Shown piece after piece: positions 51,765 to 60,897 of a stretch of DNA of 64,000 nt; position 1 is the first letter of the stretch, and each line of letters opens with the position of its first letter. This stretch comes from Verrucomicrobiota bacterium (GTDB taxonomy: Bacteria; Verrucomicrobiota; Verrucomicrobiia; Limisphaerales; CANJXF01). The translations under genes and the position numbers were made by a program. The notes below the pieces were generated by a model. It was not told where the DNA came from, did not search any database, and was given only the letters and a program-made list of their open reading frames with translations. The stretch is taken from assembly GCA_038214755.1 (NCBI GenBank), contig JBBQRQ010000001.1, positions 74,710 to 138,709 on the forward strand. The letters run 5' to 3'.

Positions 51765-51924
51765 GGTCAGTTGTAGCGCAGGATTGCATCCTGCCGTATC
51801 GCAGGTTTTCAACCTGCGAGATGCCGCCAGAAACGAGAGACTTTCGAAACCTAAAGACTCTTGCTATTTGCGACGTTCAGCCGGTTTCAAACCGGCGATA
51901 CAGCAGGATGCAATCCTGCGCTAC
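51765..51924. repeat. Family C REPIN-like unit
   Basis: GTAGCGCAGGATTGCATCCTGCCGTATCGC ... GCGATACAGCAGGATGCAATCCTGCGCTAC. Confidence 0.9.
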
Positions 51925-52001
51925 GTGACCGCCACCTGAAATCACACCCGTCCGTCGCGGGAGAATTGACGTGTCGCAGGAAAAGCCGGTAGCTTGACCA
52001 C

Positions 52002-52544
52002 ATGGCAACCGTGACGATCGAACTCCCGTCACACGCCGCGCAAACGGACTTTAATTTGCGGCGCTGGGGCGAACTTTTGGCCGACCGCGAACTGGCAAAA
52101 ATCGAGGGCCGGATCGAAACCGATCGTCATGGTCATATCATTATGAGTCCACCTCCTGCTCCCAGTCATGGCTCTTTTCAATCGGAAATCGGATATCTTC
52201 TGAAAACATTTTTCCCAAAAGGTAGAGTAATCACCGAGTGCCCCATTTCGACGGCCGATGGAGTAAAAGCCGCTGATGTGGCCTGGGCATCCCCGCAGTG
52301 TATGCGCGACTTGGGCAATCGCGTTTGTTTTCCTCGGTCGCCGGAAATTTGCGTCGAGGTGCTTTCGCCGAGCAACACTCCGACTGAAATTAAAGAAAAA
52401 ATGGCGCTTTATTTCGACGCAGGAGCGAAGGAAGTCTGGGTGTGCACAGGATTGGGGGCGATGCAGTTTTTTGATGCAACTCTGATGGACCTCGGTGCAT
52501 CCAAACTCTGCCCGAAATTTCCAAAAAAAATCGCGCTAGATTAA
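52002..52544 (+). CDS. Uma2-family putative endonuclease
   Basis: IIMSPPP...H, GVKAADVAW, PEICVEVLSPSN, K.ALYF.AGAKEVW. Confidence 0.88.
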   Translation: MATVTIELPSHAAQTDFNLRRWGELLADRELAKIEGRIETDRHGHIIMSPPPAPSHGSFQSEIGYLLKTFFPKGRVITECPISTADGVKAADVAWASPQCMRDLGNRVCFPRSPEICVEVLSPSNTPTEIKEKMALYFDAGAKEVWVCTGLGAMQFFDATLMDLGASKLCPKFPKKIALD

Positions 52545-52580
52545 TTGAATTTTTTTCTCGTTGAAATTTCGCGCGCATCC

Positions 52581-52659
52581 TCGTAGCCGCTGACGTGAGG
52601 AAGCGGATTTTAAAAGCGAAACGATCAAGCCGAATCCGCTTCCTCACGTCAGCGGCTAC
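52581..52659. repeat. Family B inverted pair
   Basis: GTAGCCGCTGACGTGAGGAAGCGGATT ... AATCCGCTTCCTCACGTCAGCGGCTAC. Confidence 0.9.
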
Positions 52660-52674
52660 TCAGTTGGAACAGTT

Positions 52675-54027
52675 TCAGATGATTTCGAAATACCGCTGGA
52701 GTTCCCAATTGGTGACTGAGTCCTGAAACTGTCGCCACTCCCACAAACGCGTTTGCACCAAATGTTCGACGAACGCGTCCCCAAAAATTTCGCGGGCGAT
52801 TTTTGATTCGGAGAGACGCATCGTCGCTTCGTAAAGATTGCGCGGCAGGCGCTCGGCATTTTTGTCCAGATATGCGCTGCCCTGAATCGGCGCGGCGCTG
52901 AGCGAAAGATTTTTTTCCACGCCATAAAGGCCGCTCGCGATGGCCGCAGCCAGAACGAGATACGGATTCGCATCCGAGCCAGGCACGCGTGTTTCGAGCC
53001 GCGTCGATTTCGCGGTGCCTGAAATGGCGCGCAGAGCCGTGGTGCGATTATCCACGCCCCACGTGACTTTGGTCGGCGCCCAAAACCCATCGACCAGACG
53101 TTTATAACTGTTCACGGTCGGCGCGAAGAACGGCAGAATTTCCGGCAAACATCGCATCTGACCGGCGACGTAACTTTTAAAAGTCTTGCTCATTTTCAAC
53201 GGATCTTTTTCATCGTGAAAAATATTTTTTCCGCCGCGCCAAAGACTTTGATGAACGTGGCCGCTGCAACCGGGCAGGTGCGAATTCCACTTGGCCATGA
53301 AACTGGGCATGATGCCGAAACGATTGGCGATTTCCTTGACGCCCGTTTTGAAAAGCGCGGCGCGGTCGGCGGCTTCAAGCGCATCGGAGTAGAGAATCGC
53401 TGCTTCAAAAACGCCGGGGCCAGTCTCGGTGTGCAAACCTTCGATAGGCACGCCGAAAGCGCGAAGCTCATCCATCAGCGCGGAAAAATACGGTTGATTC
53501 TGCGACGCGCGCAAAATGGAATAGCCGAACATTCCGGGCGTGAGCGGATTGAGCGACGTAAATTTTTTCTCGGCGATGCTTTGAGAAGTTTCGCGAAAAT
53601 TGAACCATTCAAATTCCATCGAACAGTTGGCGGTGAAGCCGGCTTTGGCGGCGCGAGCGATGATTTTTTTCAGAAGCTGGCGCGGACAAATCTCGAGGGG
53701 CTGACCGTCGCTCTTTTCAAAATTGCCGAGAAAAAAAGGGAGATTATTTTCCCACGGAATTTTTCGCGCGGTGCCCAAATCGATTTTCGCCAGCGCGTCG
53801 GGATAGCCCGTGTGCCAGCCGGTGTAAGTCGCGTTGTCGTAGCAAACGTCCCCGGAATCCCAGCCAAAAACCACGTTGCAAAATCCCAGACCATTTTCGG
53901 CAGCGGAGAGAAATTTTTCTTTGTTGACATATTTGCCGCGCAGGACGCCATCGATGTCCGTGACGGCGACTTTTATTTTCTGATGTTCGGAGCGGCGAAT
54001 TTCTTCGAGCAATTTTTTCATAACCAT
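52675..54027 (-). CDS. Glutamine synthetase-family protein (gamma-glutamyl-amine ligase-like)
   Basis: DIDGVLRGK, EFEWF, HTETGPGVFE, GCSGHVHQSL, NSYKRL, DNRT, RLETRVPG.DANPYL. Confidence 0.88.
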   Translation of the reverse strand: MVMKKLLEEIRRSEHQKIKVAVTDIDGVLRGKYVNKEKFLSAAENGLGFCNVVFGWDSGDVCYDNATYTGWHTGYPDALAKIDLGTARKIPWENNLPFFLGNFEKSDGQPLEICPRQLLKKIIARAAKAGFTANCSMEFEWFNFRETSQSIAEKKFTSLNPLTPGMFGYSILRASQNQPYFSALMDELRAFGVPIEGLHTETGPGVFEAAILYSDALEAADRAALFKTGVKEIANRFGIMPSFMAKWNSHLPGCSGHVHQSLWRGGKNIFHDEKDPLKMSKTFKSYVAGQMRCLPEILPFFAPTVNSYKRLVDGFWAPTKVTWGVDNRTTALRAISGTAKSTRLETRVPGSDANPYLVLAAAIASGLYGVEKNLSLSAAPIQGSAYLDKNAERLPRNLYEATMRLSESKIAREIFGDAFVEHLVQTRLWEWRQFQDSVTNWELQRYFEII

Positions 54028-54057
54028 TTAACTTTGGGAACTTGACGTGACTGACTT

Positions 54058-54149
54058 CGGAGCGTGGCTGTGTCGCAGACCAGCCGCAGCGCGTCTGGCT
54101 GTCGAGTCACGTGCTGCGGCTGGTCGAGGACGACACAGGCCGCGCTCCG
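54058..54149. repeat. Family K inverted pair
   Basis: CGGAGCGTGGCTGTGTCGCAGACCAGCCGCAGC ... GCTGCGGCTGGTCGAGGACGACACAGGCCGCGCTCCG. Confidence 0.75.
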
Positions 54150-54152
54150 GGT

Positions 54153-54274
54153 TCAACTCTGACTCAACCGCTTTTTCGGCGCATCAAATAACATGGCGTG
54201 TCGCTGTGACCCCGCCGCAATTGAGGGTATGGACTTCAGAGCGCGCCAGACAATAAAGATCGTTAAATTGCATG
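54153..54274 (-). pseudogene. Internally deleted remnant of the 3' end of the aldo/keto reductase gene
   Basis: 54153-54200 matches 55790-55837 and 54201-54274 matches 56218-56285. Confidence 0.85.
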
Positions 54275-54355
54275 ACCGAAACCCTTCAAATGAGGACTTG
54301 TTGAGACTGCTCACTTCGGTTCAAATTAAGCTCTTCGGAAAGAAACCATAAAAAC

Positions 54356-55717
54356 ATGCGACTTCAATCATCATTGGCGGTGAACAGAAAACCCTTTCTG
54401 ACGTTCCTGCTGAAACTTTTGTGGGCCGGTCTCTGCTCCACGCCATGTTCAGCGCAGTCTCTCCAGGACGGCGGCTTTGTAACACTGACCAATTTGCCGC
54501 CCGGTTTCTTTCAGACAACGCCCACTCTCGTGCGCGCGAATCCAGCCGTAGCCTCGAACGGGCGCGATTTCCTCGTCGTGTGGGAGGAAATCCAGCGGTT
54601 GCCTTACTTTTTCCAACTCGGCGACCCGGTCACAATTCGCGCGGCGCGCGTGCGCGGCAGCGATGGCGCGCTTTTGGACGCAACGCCTATCGCGCTTCCG
54701 GCATCATGGTCGAGCCAGTCTCCGGCAGTTGCTTCCGATGGCCAGGATTTCTTCGTCGTGTGGCAGGACTCCACCAAAGATCGCAGTCCGGTGGGTAACA
54801 ACTGTCAATTTGAGTCGGACGTGCTCGGGGCGCGCGTTCGAACCGCTGATGGACGCGTGCTTGATACAACTGGTGTGGTCGTTTCGTCCCATGAACGCGG
54901 GCAAGGCTCACCCACAGTGGCCTTCGGGAAGAACGAATATCTCGTGGTTTGGAAGGATTCGCGCGCGTCGGATTGTGCGGCTACCGACATCTACGGAGCG
55001 CGAGTGAATCCGCGCAACGGACGAGTGCGCGACCGCGATGGTTTTGCCATCAGTCGAATGCCCGGTTCTGAGGAAGCGCCATCCCTCGCATTTGATGGAC
55101 GCGATTACCTGGTCGCATGGCAAATCTTCGAGGAAACTCCCAACGTCGGATCACACATTTTCTGCACACGGCTGGCGGGGGAGAGCATGCGCATACTCGA
55201 CAGGCCGGCGATTCCGTTGTGCCAAGCACGCGGGTGGCATTTCAATTCTCAAATCGTCTGGGCTGGCGGATTGTTCTGGCTGGCTTGGGAAGGTTTTCCC
55301 GACAACAACGCATTCGCCTATGCACAAGCCGATGTGTATCTGGCGAGATTTTTGAGCGCCCGTTCCCAAGTATTTTACGACGCCGGTGGATTTTCCGCCG
55401 TGCGCGGCTCGACCTCGCAACTTGGCCCGCGACTCGCAGCACGGAGTGGCGACGTTCTCCTGGCTTGGCAAAGTGACGGCATTTACGGTGTGCGCGTGCC
55501 GGATCAGCCCCGTCAGGACTTGGATGGTTTCAAATTTCAGATTGCTTCAGGAGCGGAAAACCCGACGAGAGAACCTTATAAGGCGCATGTGGGTCTGGCG
55601 GCGAGCACTCGATATTTCCTGAGCGCGTGGGTTCAGAATGGCAACATCTTCGCCACGCGACTTCACGGCATAACACTCCAACCGCTTGACACACCGCCGA
55701 CGCAAGTCAGTCGTTGA
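54356..55717 (+). CDS. Secreted hypothetical protein with repeated PAVASxGxDFLVVW blades (beta-propeller-like)
   Basis: Signal-like N-terminus; repeats PAVASNGRDFLVVWE, PAVASDGQDFFVVWQ, PTVAFGKNEYLVVWK, PSLAFDGRDYLVAWQ, followed by GARV-like motifs. Confidence 0.75.
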   Translation: MRLQSSLAVNRKPFLTFLLKLLWAGLCSTPCSAQSLQDGGFVTLTNLPPGFFQTTPTLVRANPAVASNGRDFLVVWEEIQRLPYFFQLGDPVTIRAARVRGSDGALLDATPIALPASWSSQSPAVASDGQDFFVVWQDSTKDRSPVGNNCQFESDVLGARVRTADGRVLDTTGVVVSSHERGQGSPTVAFGKNEYLVVWKDSRASDCAATDIYGARVNPRNGRVRDRDGFAISRMPGSEEAPSLAFDGRDYLVAWQIFEETPNVGSHIFCTRLAGESMRILDRPAIPLCQARGWHFNSQIVWAGGLFWLAWEGFPDNNAFAYAQADVYLARFLSARSQVFYDAGGFSAVRGSTSQLGPRLAARSGDVLLAWQSDGIYGVRVPDQPRQDLDGFKFQIASGAENPTREPYKAHVGLAASTRYFLSAWVQNGNIFATRLHGITLQPLDTPPTQVSR

Positions 55718-55721
55718 TTTA

Positions 55722-55783
55722 GTGACGGCGATTTTTATTTTCTGGTGTTCGGAGCGGCGAATTTCTTCGAGCAATTTTTTCAT
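55722..55783 (-). pseudogene. 5' fragment duplicate of the GS-family gene
   Basis: MKKLLEEIRRSEHQKIKIAVT; 55722-55795 matches 53960-54033 with 3 mismatches. Confidence 0.9.
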
Positions 55784-55789
55784 AACGAT

Positions 55790-56971
55790 TTAACTCTGGC
55801 TCAACCGCTTTTTCGGCGCATCAAATAACATCGCGTGAGCCTCGCGCAGAATCGCCGGAATTTTTTCGGCAAATGGATTTTTCTTCACGACGTCGCGCAA
55901 TTTATTTTCGTCAAAACTCGCCGCCGTTTCGCCGGGAAACCAGTGGTCGCCCTGGCCGAGCAAATTGTAGCGCATTTTTCCCCACGCGATCAGGTCGAAT
56001 GATTTGGCAAACGTCCAGAGGCGCAAAATTTCTGAAACGTTAATCTCGCCGGGAACATCGACGTAGTTGGGCAAATTTTCGAACCAATGCTCGCACCAAT
56101 CGCGACCGAGAATTCTTTCCATTTCGGTACGAAGCCGTTTTTCAATTGGCCCAATTGTTTCGGCAATGTTGTCGTAAAATTTCAGAGCCGCGACGTGTTC
56201 GTCAAAATCGCTCGGCCTCGCTGCGCCGCAACTGAGGGTGTGAACTTCAGAACGCGCCAGACAATAGAGATCGTTAAATCGCATGGGCGAAAGCGGCGCG
56301 CAGAGATCGACCAGTTTTTTCGGTGGGTCATAAAGTTTTCCACCTTTGTCATTGGGGCTGATGATGAAGACGCCCATGTCGTGTTGGCGCGCGGCCTCAA
56401 TCGCGGACCAATTCAAGTCGTTCACGAAATACCAATGGAGATTCACGTAATCGAATTCGTCGCTGTTGATCGCTTCGAGAATCAGGTCGGTCGTCGCGTG
56501 TGTGGAAAATCCGAGAAAGCGAATGCGTCCTTGCTGTTGCAACTTCCGAGCGGCGGCGACGCAACCGCTTTTGCGCAACGACCAATTTAAAAGTTCGCGA
56601 TTGTTGACGCCGTGGAGCGAGAGCAAATCGACGTGCTCGAGTTTCAAATAGCTCATGGAACGCTCGAAGGTTTTTAAAAATTCTTCGGGGTCGGCGTGCG
56701 GAGCGACTTTGGTCTGGACGATGATTTTAGCGCGCGGCAATTGTGGCAGAACATTTCCGAGTTGCATTTCCGAAGTGCCGTAGCCGCGAGCGGTTTCGAT
56801 GTGATTGATGCCGAGTTCGACCGCGCGATGGATGGTGGCTTCGAGATTGGATTGGTTCTCGGCGGGAATTTTTTTTGGGTCAACGTCCTGCCACTTGAAT
56901 TGGTAGCGCATTCCGCCGCAGGAAAAGACCGGCATGGAAAGTTCGGTGCGACCGAAGCGGCGATATTTCAT
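55790..56971 (-). CDS. Aldo/keto reductase-family protein
   Basis: [48 protein letters not shown]. The longer ORF start lies in repeat A. Confidence 0.88.
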   Translation of the reverse strand: MKYRRFGRTELSMPVFSCGGMRYQFKWQDVDPKKIPAENQSNLEATIHRAVELGINHIETARGYGTSEMQLGNVLPQLPRAKIIVQTKVAPHADPEEFLKTFERSMSYLKLEHVDLLSLHGVNNRELLNWSLRKSGCVAAARKLQQQGRIRFLGFSTHATTDLILEAINSDEFDYVNLHWYFVNDLNWSAIEAARQHDMGVFIISPNDKGGKLYDPPKKLVDLCAPLSPMRFNDLYCLARSEVHTLSCGAARPSDFDEHVAALKFYDNIAETIGPIEKRLRTEMERILGRDWCEHWFENLPNYVDVPGEINVSEILRLWTFAKSFDLIAWGKMRYNLLGQGDHWFPGETAASFDENKLRDVVKKNPFAEKIPAILREAHAMLFDAPKKRLSQS

Positions 56972-57020
56972 TTCGGAAAAATTACGGTAAGCGGGACGTC
57001 GTGCAAGTTTGGGTTGTGAT

Positions 57021-57179
57021 CGGGTAGCATCTGCCTCCGGCGGGTGCGAAATCATTTCGATGTTCAGCGTTCGATGTTGGATGTTCGATGTTAATTGTTT
57101 TCAAAACATCGAACATCCAACACTGAACATCCAACATCGAATTGGAAGATTCGCACCCGCCGGAGGCAGATGCTACCCG
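57021..57179. repeat. Nested palindrome A(heptamer arrays)A'
   Basis: A arms 57021-57050/57150-57179 enclosing (TTCGATG-like)x5 at 57056-57092 and its inverse at 57105-57141. Confidence 0.9.
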
Positions 57180-57198
57180 TCGAAAAATTGAGTGGAAA

Positions 57199-57975
57199 CT
57201 ATTGTGCGAGGGACGCTTTGATTGGTTCGCGTTTGCCGTATTCACCCAAATCTTCCTGAAAGAAAAAAGCCATACTGGAGTTTTGTTTGCGCCAATTTTG
57301 AAAACGCTGGATGAAATACATGTTGTCGAAAATGACCCAGCGCGCGGAGCCATCGACATGTACTTGGTTTCCTCCGTCCGGTTGATTTTTTGAATTGGGA
57401 TGCGGTGGCATATCCTTGAAAGCCACGTCGTCGCCGCCGCCACCCCAGAGGTTGTCCACTTTCATGGTTGCGTCGGCGGCCAAAGTCCAGAGCGGTTTTG
57501 AGCGGGTGAGTTTGATCGGGCTGGCGGAAGGAAGAACTCCGCGCGGCGTGTTCCAGTTGGTGATTCCACCAAAGTATTGATAGCCGATGAGCCATTGATC
57601 GCCTTGCGCTTCGTAAATGGGCAGAAGCGGGCGATTGGGGCAGGACCAGATTTTTCCCATCAATCCAGCGACTGCGGCCGCTTTTTCCTGAAGTGGGTTC
57701 AGGGCGATTTGCACGGCGTTGTCTCGCGCGGGAAAATATTTATCGTCGTTGTCCAAGGCGTAGATGGTGCAGGCTTTTCCGACTTGAGAAAGATTGCTCA
57801 AACAAACCGCACGACGTCCGCGTTCCTTGGCGCGCGATAAGGCGGGCAAAAGCAGCGAGGCCAGCAGCGCGACAATCGCGACTACCACCAGCAATTCCAC
57901 AATCGAAAATCCGCCGGATGGAATGGGACGTTCATCGTCCGAGAGAGAGAAGCCGTGAGTTATTTTTCCGGGCAC
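57199..57975 (-). CDS. Prepilin-type N-terminal cleavage/methylation protein
   Basis: GFSIVELLVVVAIVALLASLLLP, CLSNLSQVG, PH...GGNQVHVDGSA; start uncertain. Confidence 0.82.
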   Translation of the reverse strand: MPGKITHGFSLSDDERPIPSGGFSIVELLVVVAIVALLASLLLPALSRAKERGRRAVCLSNLSQVGKACTIYALDNDDKYFPARDNAVQIALNPLQEKAAAVAGLMGKIWSCPNRPLLPIYEAQGDQWLIGYQYFGGITNWNTPRGVLPSASPIKLTRSKPLWTLAADATMKVDNLWGGGGDDVAFKDMPPHPNSKNQPDGGNQVHVDGSARWVIFDNMYFIQRFQNWRKQNSSMAFFFQEDLGEYGKREPIKASLAQ

Positions 57976-58234
57976 GCTCGAACCATAGAGTTTGCTGAAG
58001 AGAATATCAATAGGCTTCAACCTGAGGTTCGAAGTTTGCAGTCTAGCCACCGCCGTTGCGTTGCTTGCCTCGCTCAGCGGTGAACGCGCGAGCAAAAACA
58101 ACGGAATTTTTGGCCTCGCCCGAACATTCATCGGAACAAGACTATCGGCGCAAGGCCGCTTGGAGAATTATGTTATATCTGCCCAGCCGCCAAAATGGCT
58201 TGGAAAAGCGGCGGCGATTTTCGCGCGCCTCTGT

Positions 58235-58402
58235 TTACAAATACGACCCGCCGCCCGGCAATCGCACGCGCAAAAAGTTCATTCGCTTGGCCACGGGCAA
58301 GGCCAGTCGGCGACGGATCAAATCCAATTCCGCCCGATCGCTTTCCACGCGCAAGGCAGCCAGCGCGGCTTCACGTTTCCGACGACGATTTAATTTTTTC
58401 AC
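58235..58402 (-). CDS. Small basic partner of the nucleotidyltransferase
   Basis: Not in the ORF track (55 aa): MKKLNRRRKREAALAALRVESDRAELDLIRRRLALPVAKRMNFLRVRLPGGGSYL*; overlaps the NTase 3' end. Confidence 0.55.
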   Translation of the reverse strand: MKKLNRRRKREAALAALRVESDRAELDLIRRRLALPVAKRMNFLRVRLPGGGSYL

Positions 58403-58847
58403 GCAATGTCTTCTCCAAAATTTCCATTACCGCTTTGTCGCGTGGACGCGCGGCAGCGCGTTTGCTGGCGATAATGTCGCCCAAGTTCGCTACCCACAAG
58501 CCGCGACCGCGCAAATTTATTTTTTCCGCGCGTGAACGCAGGCTATTGAAGGACTTCACGCCGTGAATCACCGGCATAAAATCGGCCTGCAAGCCGCGGT
58601 CGTCGTTCATCACGCGATACAGTTTCGAGACCGGATAATATGGCCGTAAAATCACCGCCTCCATGCGCACGGCAAATTTCTTTAGCTTCGCGAGGTTGAC
58701 GGGCGTGGCGCGAAACATAAAATCAAAATCCACGGTTGTCACTGGAGCGCCCTGAATGGCCGCCGCCGCGTTGCCAATCAGGATGGCCTCCAGCCGAACT
58801 TCGGCCAGCGCCGCTGCCACGGATTCAAGTAAAGGCCCAGCATCCAT
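58371..58847 (-). CDS. Nucleotidyltransferase-superfamily protein (DUF6036/AbiEii-like)
   Basis: ILIGNAAAAIQG...TTVDFDF, LGDIIASKRAAARPRD. Confidence 0.75.
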   Translation of the reverse strand: MDAGPLLESVAAALAEVRLEAILIGNAAAAIQGAPVTTVDFDFMFRATPVNLAKLKKFAVRMEAVILRPYYPVSKLYRVMNDDRGLQADFMPVIHGVKSFNSLRSRAEKINLRGRGLWVANLGDIIASKRAAARPRDKAVMEILEKTLREKIKSSSET

Positions 58848-58934
58848 ATTCGTGCTGGCAAACTAGCGGGCCTGGGCTATTCGGCAAGTGTCCAGCCGCG
58901 CTCCGCGCGGAACAAAATCAAAAGTCCATGTCGC

Positions 58935-59008
58935 CGGAACGCCGATCTCCTGAGCGGCTCGTTGCCAGAAAACATTCTTTCCGGGCCGATCAGGAGATCG
59001 GCGCTCCT
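58935..59008. repeat. Family G inverted pair
   Basis: GGAACGCCGATCTCCTGAGCGGC ... GCCGATCAGGAGATCGGCGCTCC. Confidence 0.8.
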
Positions 59009-59057
59009 GTCACTGGCCGAATCGAGGCGCTTCTCCTCATCCCTTGGCTCCTACAAA

Positions 59058-59987
59058 TTATTTCTGCCCACCGCCTAAAATCGTTTGGAAATGCGGCGGC
59101 TGTTCTTCGCGGGCGACAATACTGATTTCGATTCTCCTGAAACCCGCCGCTTCGAGCCAGCGATGCAAATCGCTTTCAGCAAAACCGAGCCAGCGATCGC
59201 CGTAAAGTTCGCGGGCTTTTTCAAAATTGTGCTGGAGCAAATCGAGCATCAGCAGTTGCCCGCCGGCGCGAAGAATTTTGTGCGCGCTGGCAACGGCTGT
59301 GGCTGGATCAGTGGCGTGATGAAGCGCCTGGCTGAGGATGACGAGATCGACGCTGTTCGCTTCAATCGGCGGATTTTCTAAATCGCCCAAGCGGAATTCC
59401 AAATTTTTGAGGCCATTCTTTTTCGCTTTGCTTGCGCCGAACTTGACCATCTTTTCCGAGTTGTCCACGGCGATGACTTTTTTCGCGCGGCGCGCCAGCA
59501 GTTCGCTGATCAATCCTTCCCCTGAACCTAAATCAGCCACAACGATTGGCGGAATAATTCGCAGCAACAAATGTCCAAACGCCTGCCACGAACGACCGGG
59601 TCCGTAGCTGCGATCAAATCGTCCGGCCACTTGATTGAAATAAACCTGCGCCTGCTCTTTCCGCCGACGGACGATGCGACGGAGATTGAGTTGGTCGGTG
59701 GAATGTTCCGACATTTCTTTCGCGCCACGAATCGCGAGTTGAATGAATTCTCCCGCGACCGAATCCGCCGCTTCATTCAATTTGTAATAGGTGCGTTTCC
59801 CCTCGCGCCGCGATTGGACGAGTTTGGATTCCTGCAAAAGTCCCAGATGGGTCGAGATGCGCGACTGGCCGAGGCGCGTGACTTCCTGAAGTTCATTGAC
59901 AGAAAGCTCGTCTTTTTCCAGCAGCGCGATGATGCGCAGGCGCGTTGGGTCAGAGAGGGCGCGAAGGGACTTTAGGGTGGAGGACAT
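59058..59987 (-). CDS. sahR: ArsR-HTH + SAM-dependent methyltransferase-domain regulator (SahR-like)
   Basis: LSDPTRLRI...QSRISTHL...REG HTH, then VADLGSGEG methyltransferase motif; divergent from metK-ahcY. Confidence 0.75.
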   Translation of the reverse strand: MSSTLKSLRALSDPTRLRIIALLEKDELSVNELQEVTRLGQSRISTHLGLLQESKLVQSRREGKRTYYKLNEAADSVAGEFIQLAIRGAKEMSEHSTDQLNLRRIVRRRKEQAQVYFNQVAGRFDRSYGPGRSWQAFGHLLLRIIPPIVVADLGSGEGLISELLARRAKKVIAVDNSEKMVKFGASKAKKNGLKNLEFRLGDLENPPIEANSVDLVILSQALHHATDPATAVASAHKILRAGGQLLMLDLLQHNFEKARELYGDRWLGFAESDLHRWLEAAGFRRIEISIVAREEQPPHFQTILGGGQK

Positions 59988-60523
59988 TATTTTGCGTTCT
60001 CCCGAATGAGACGACGGAGGCGTTCGCGCAGAAATTGTTTTTGGTTTTCTGCGACTGGCGTTCTCTCGAGACGAGTTTGAAGAGTTTCCAAATCGATCAG
60101 TTTGTGACGAATGAGGACCGAGAGATAATCCAAATCTTTTTCGCGCCCAGCCGCCAATTTGCTGATGGTCAAGTCATGAATTTCAAGACACCAGCCTGTC
60201 CCTCCGCCCGTATTTTCGTTATGCACTGGAACCAGTCTCGTTTGCCAATCGTCCGGCAACGTAGCCACTTCCGGTGAAACTCCGTGAGCATAGTAACCAA
60301 AAGTTTGGTGAAAGATGGATTCTTCGCCAATTGAGCCATCGATCAAATCGACGGCCTCCGGTTTGGTCTTCGGGTAAATATCCACTTCTACAGAAATCAA
60401 CAATTCTTCCGGCGCATTCGGGTACGAGCCAAGAATCGCCTGGCTTCCGAATACGATCAAATTGGGATCACGAGAGATGGCGCTGGCTGCGCGAATGACG
60501 TGCTCAAGCGCCAATCGATTCAT
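59987..60523 (-). CDS. DUF6036-like nucleotidyltransferase
   Basis: LEHVIRAA, VFGSQAILG, SVEVDI, GEES.FH.TFGYYA.GV, SKLAAGREKD. Confidence 0.75.
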   Translation of the reverse strand: MNRLALEHVIRAASAISRDPNLIVFGSQAILGSYPNAPEELLISVEVDIYPKTKPEAVDLIDGSIGEESIFHQTFGYYAHGVSPEVATLPDDWQTRLVPVHNENTGGGTGWCLEIHDLTISKLAAGREKDLDYLSVLIRHKLIDLETLQTRLERTPVAENQKQFLRERLRRLIRENAK

Positions 60524-60842
60524 AGTTTTTCAAGATGCCCATTCGTTCATCTTCATCCAAGACGCCCGGAAAAGGGTTGCTTTGCCGCAGGCGATTTCCT
60601 TCTTCGTTTTCCTGCGTCAAAATTCCCAAAACCCGTTCGATTGAATTCTGCTCAATGATTTCTTCCCATTCGCGCAGCGCTCGCGGCCAAGGCGTTAGAG
60701 TTTTTTTCCAATTCACCAAATTTTTTTTCGCCATTTCGAAAAGTTCGGGACGATGGCGAATCTTTTCCGCGATCAACCGGCACATCGCCAGACTGCGCGC
60801 GTCGATCCATTGATGGCTCCGCTTTTTTAAAGTTGTTTCCAT
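60504..60842 (-). CDS. Putative partner (antitoxin-like) of the DUF6036 protein
   Basis: H..IDARSLA....IAEK...RLRQSNPF.GVL...ER; overlaps the downstream gene. Confidence 0.65.
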   Translation of the reverse strand: METTLKKRSHQWIDARSLAMCRLIAEKIRHRPELFEMAKKNLVNWKKTLTPWPRALREWEEIIEQNSIERVLGILTQENEEGNRLRQSNPFPGVLDEDERMGILKNYESIGA

Positions 60843-60897
60843 AAAAATTGAACTTTCGCCCGAGCTTATTTTAATTTGCAGAAAATGTAAAATCAGG

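Noticed and set aside
57056..57141. Heptamer arrays as CRISPR repeats or iterons
   Set aside because: 7-bp degenerate tandem units in inverted orientation, with no spacers and no rep gene.
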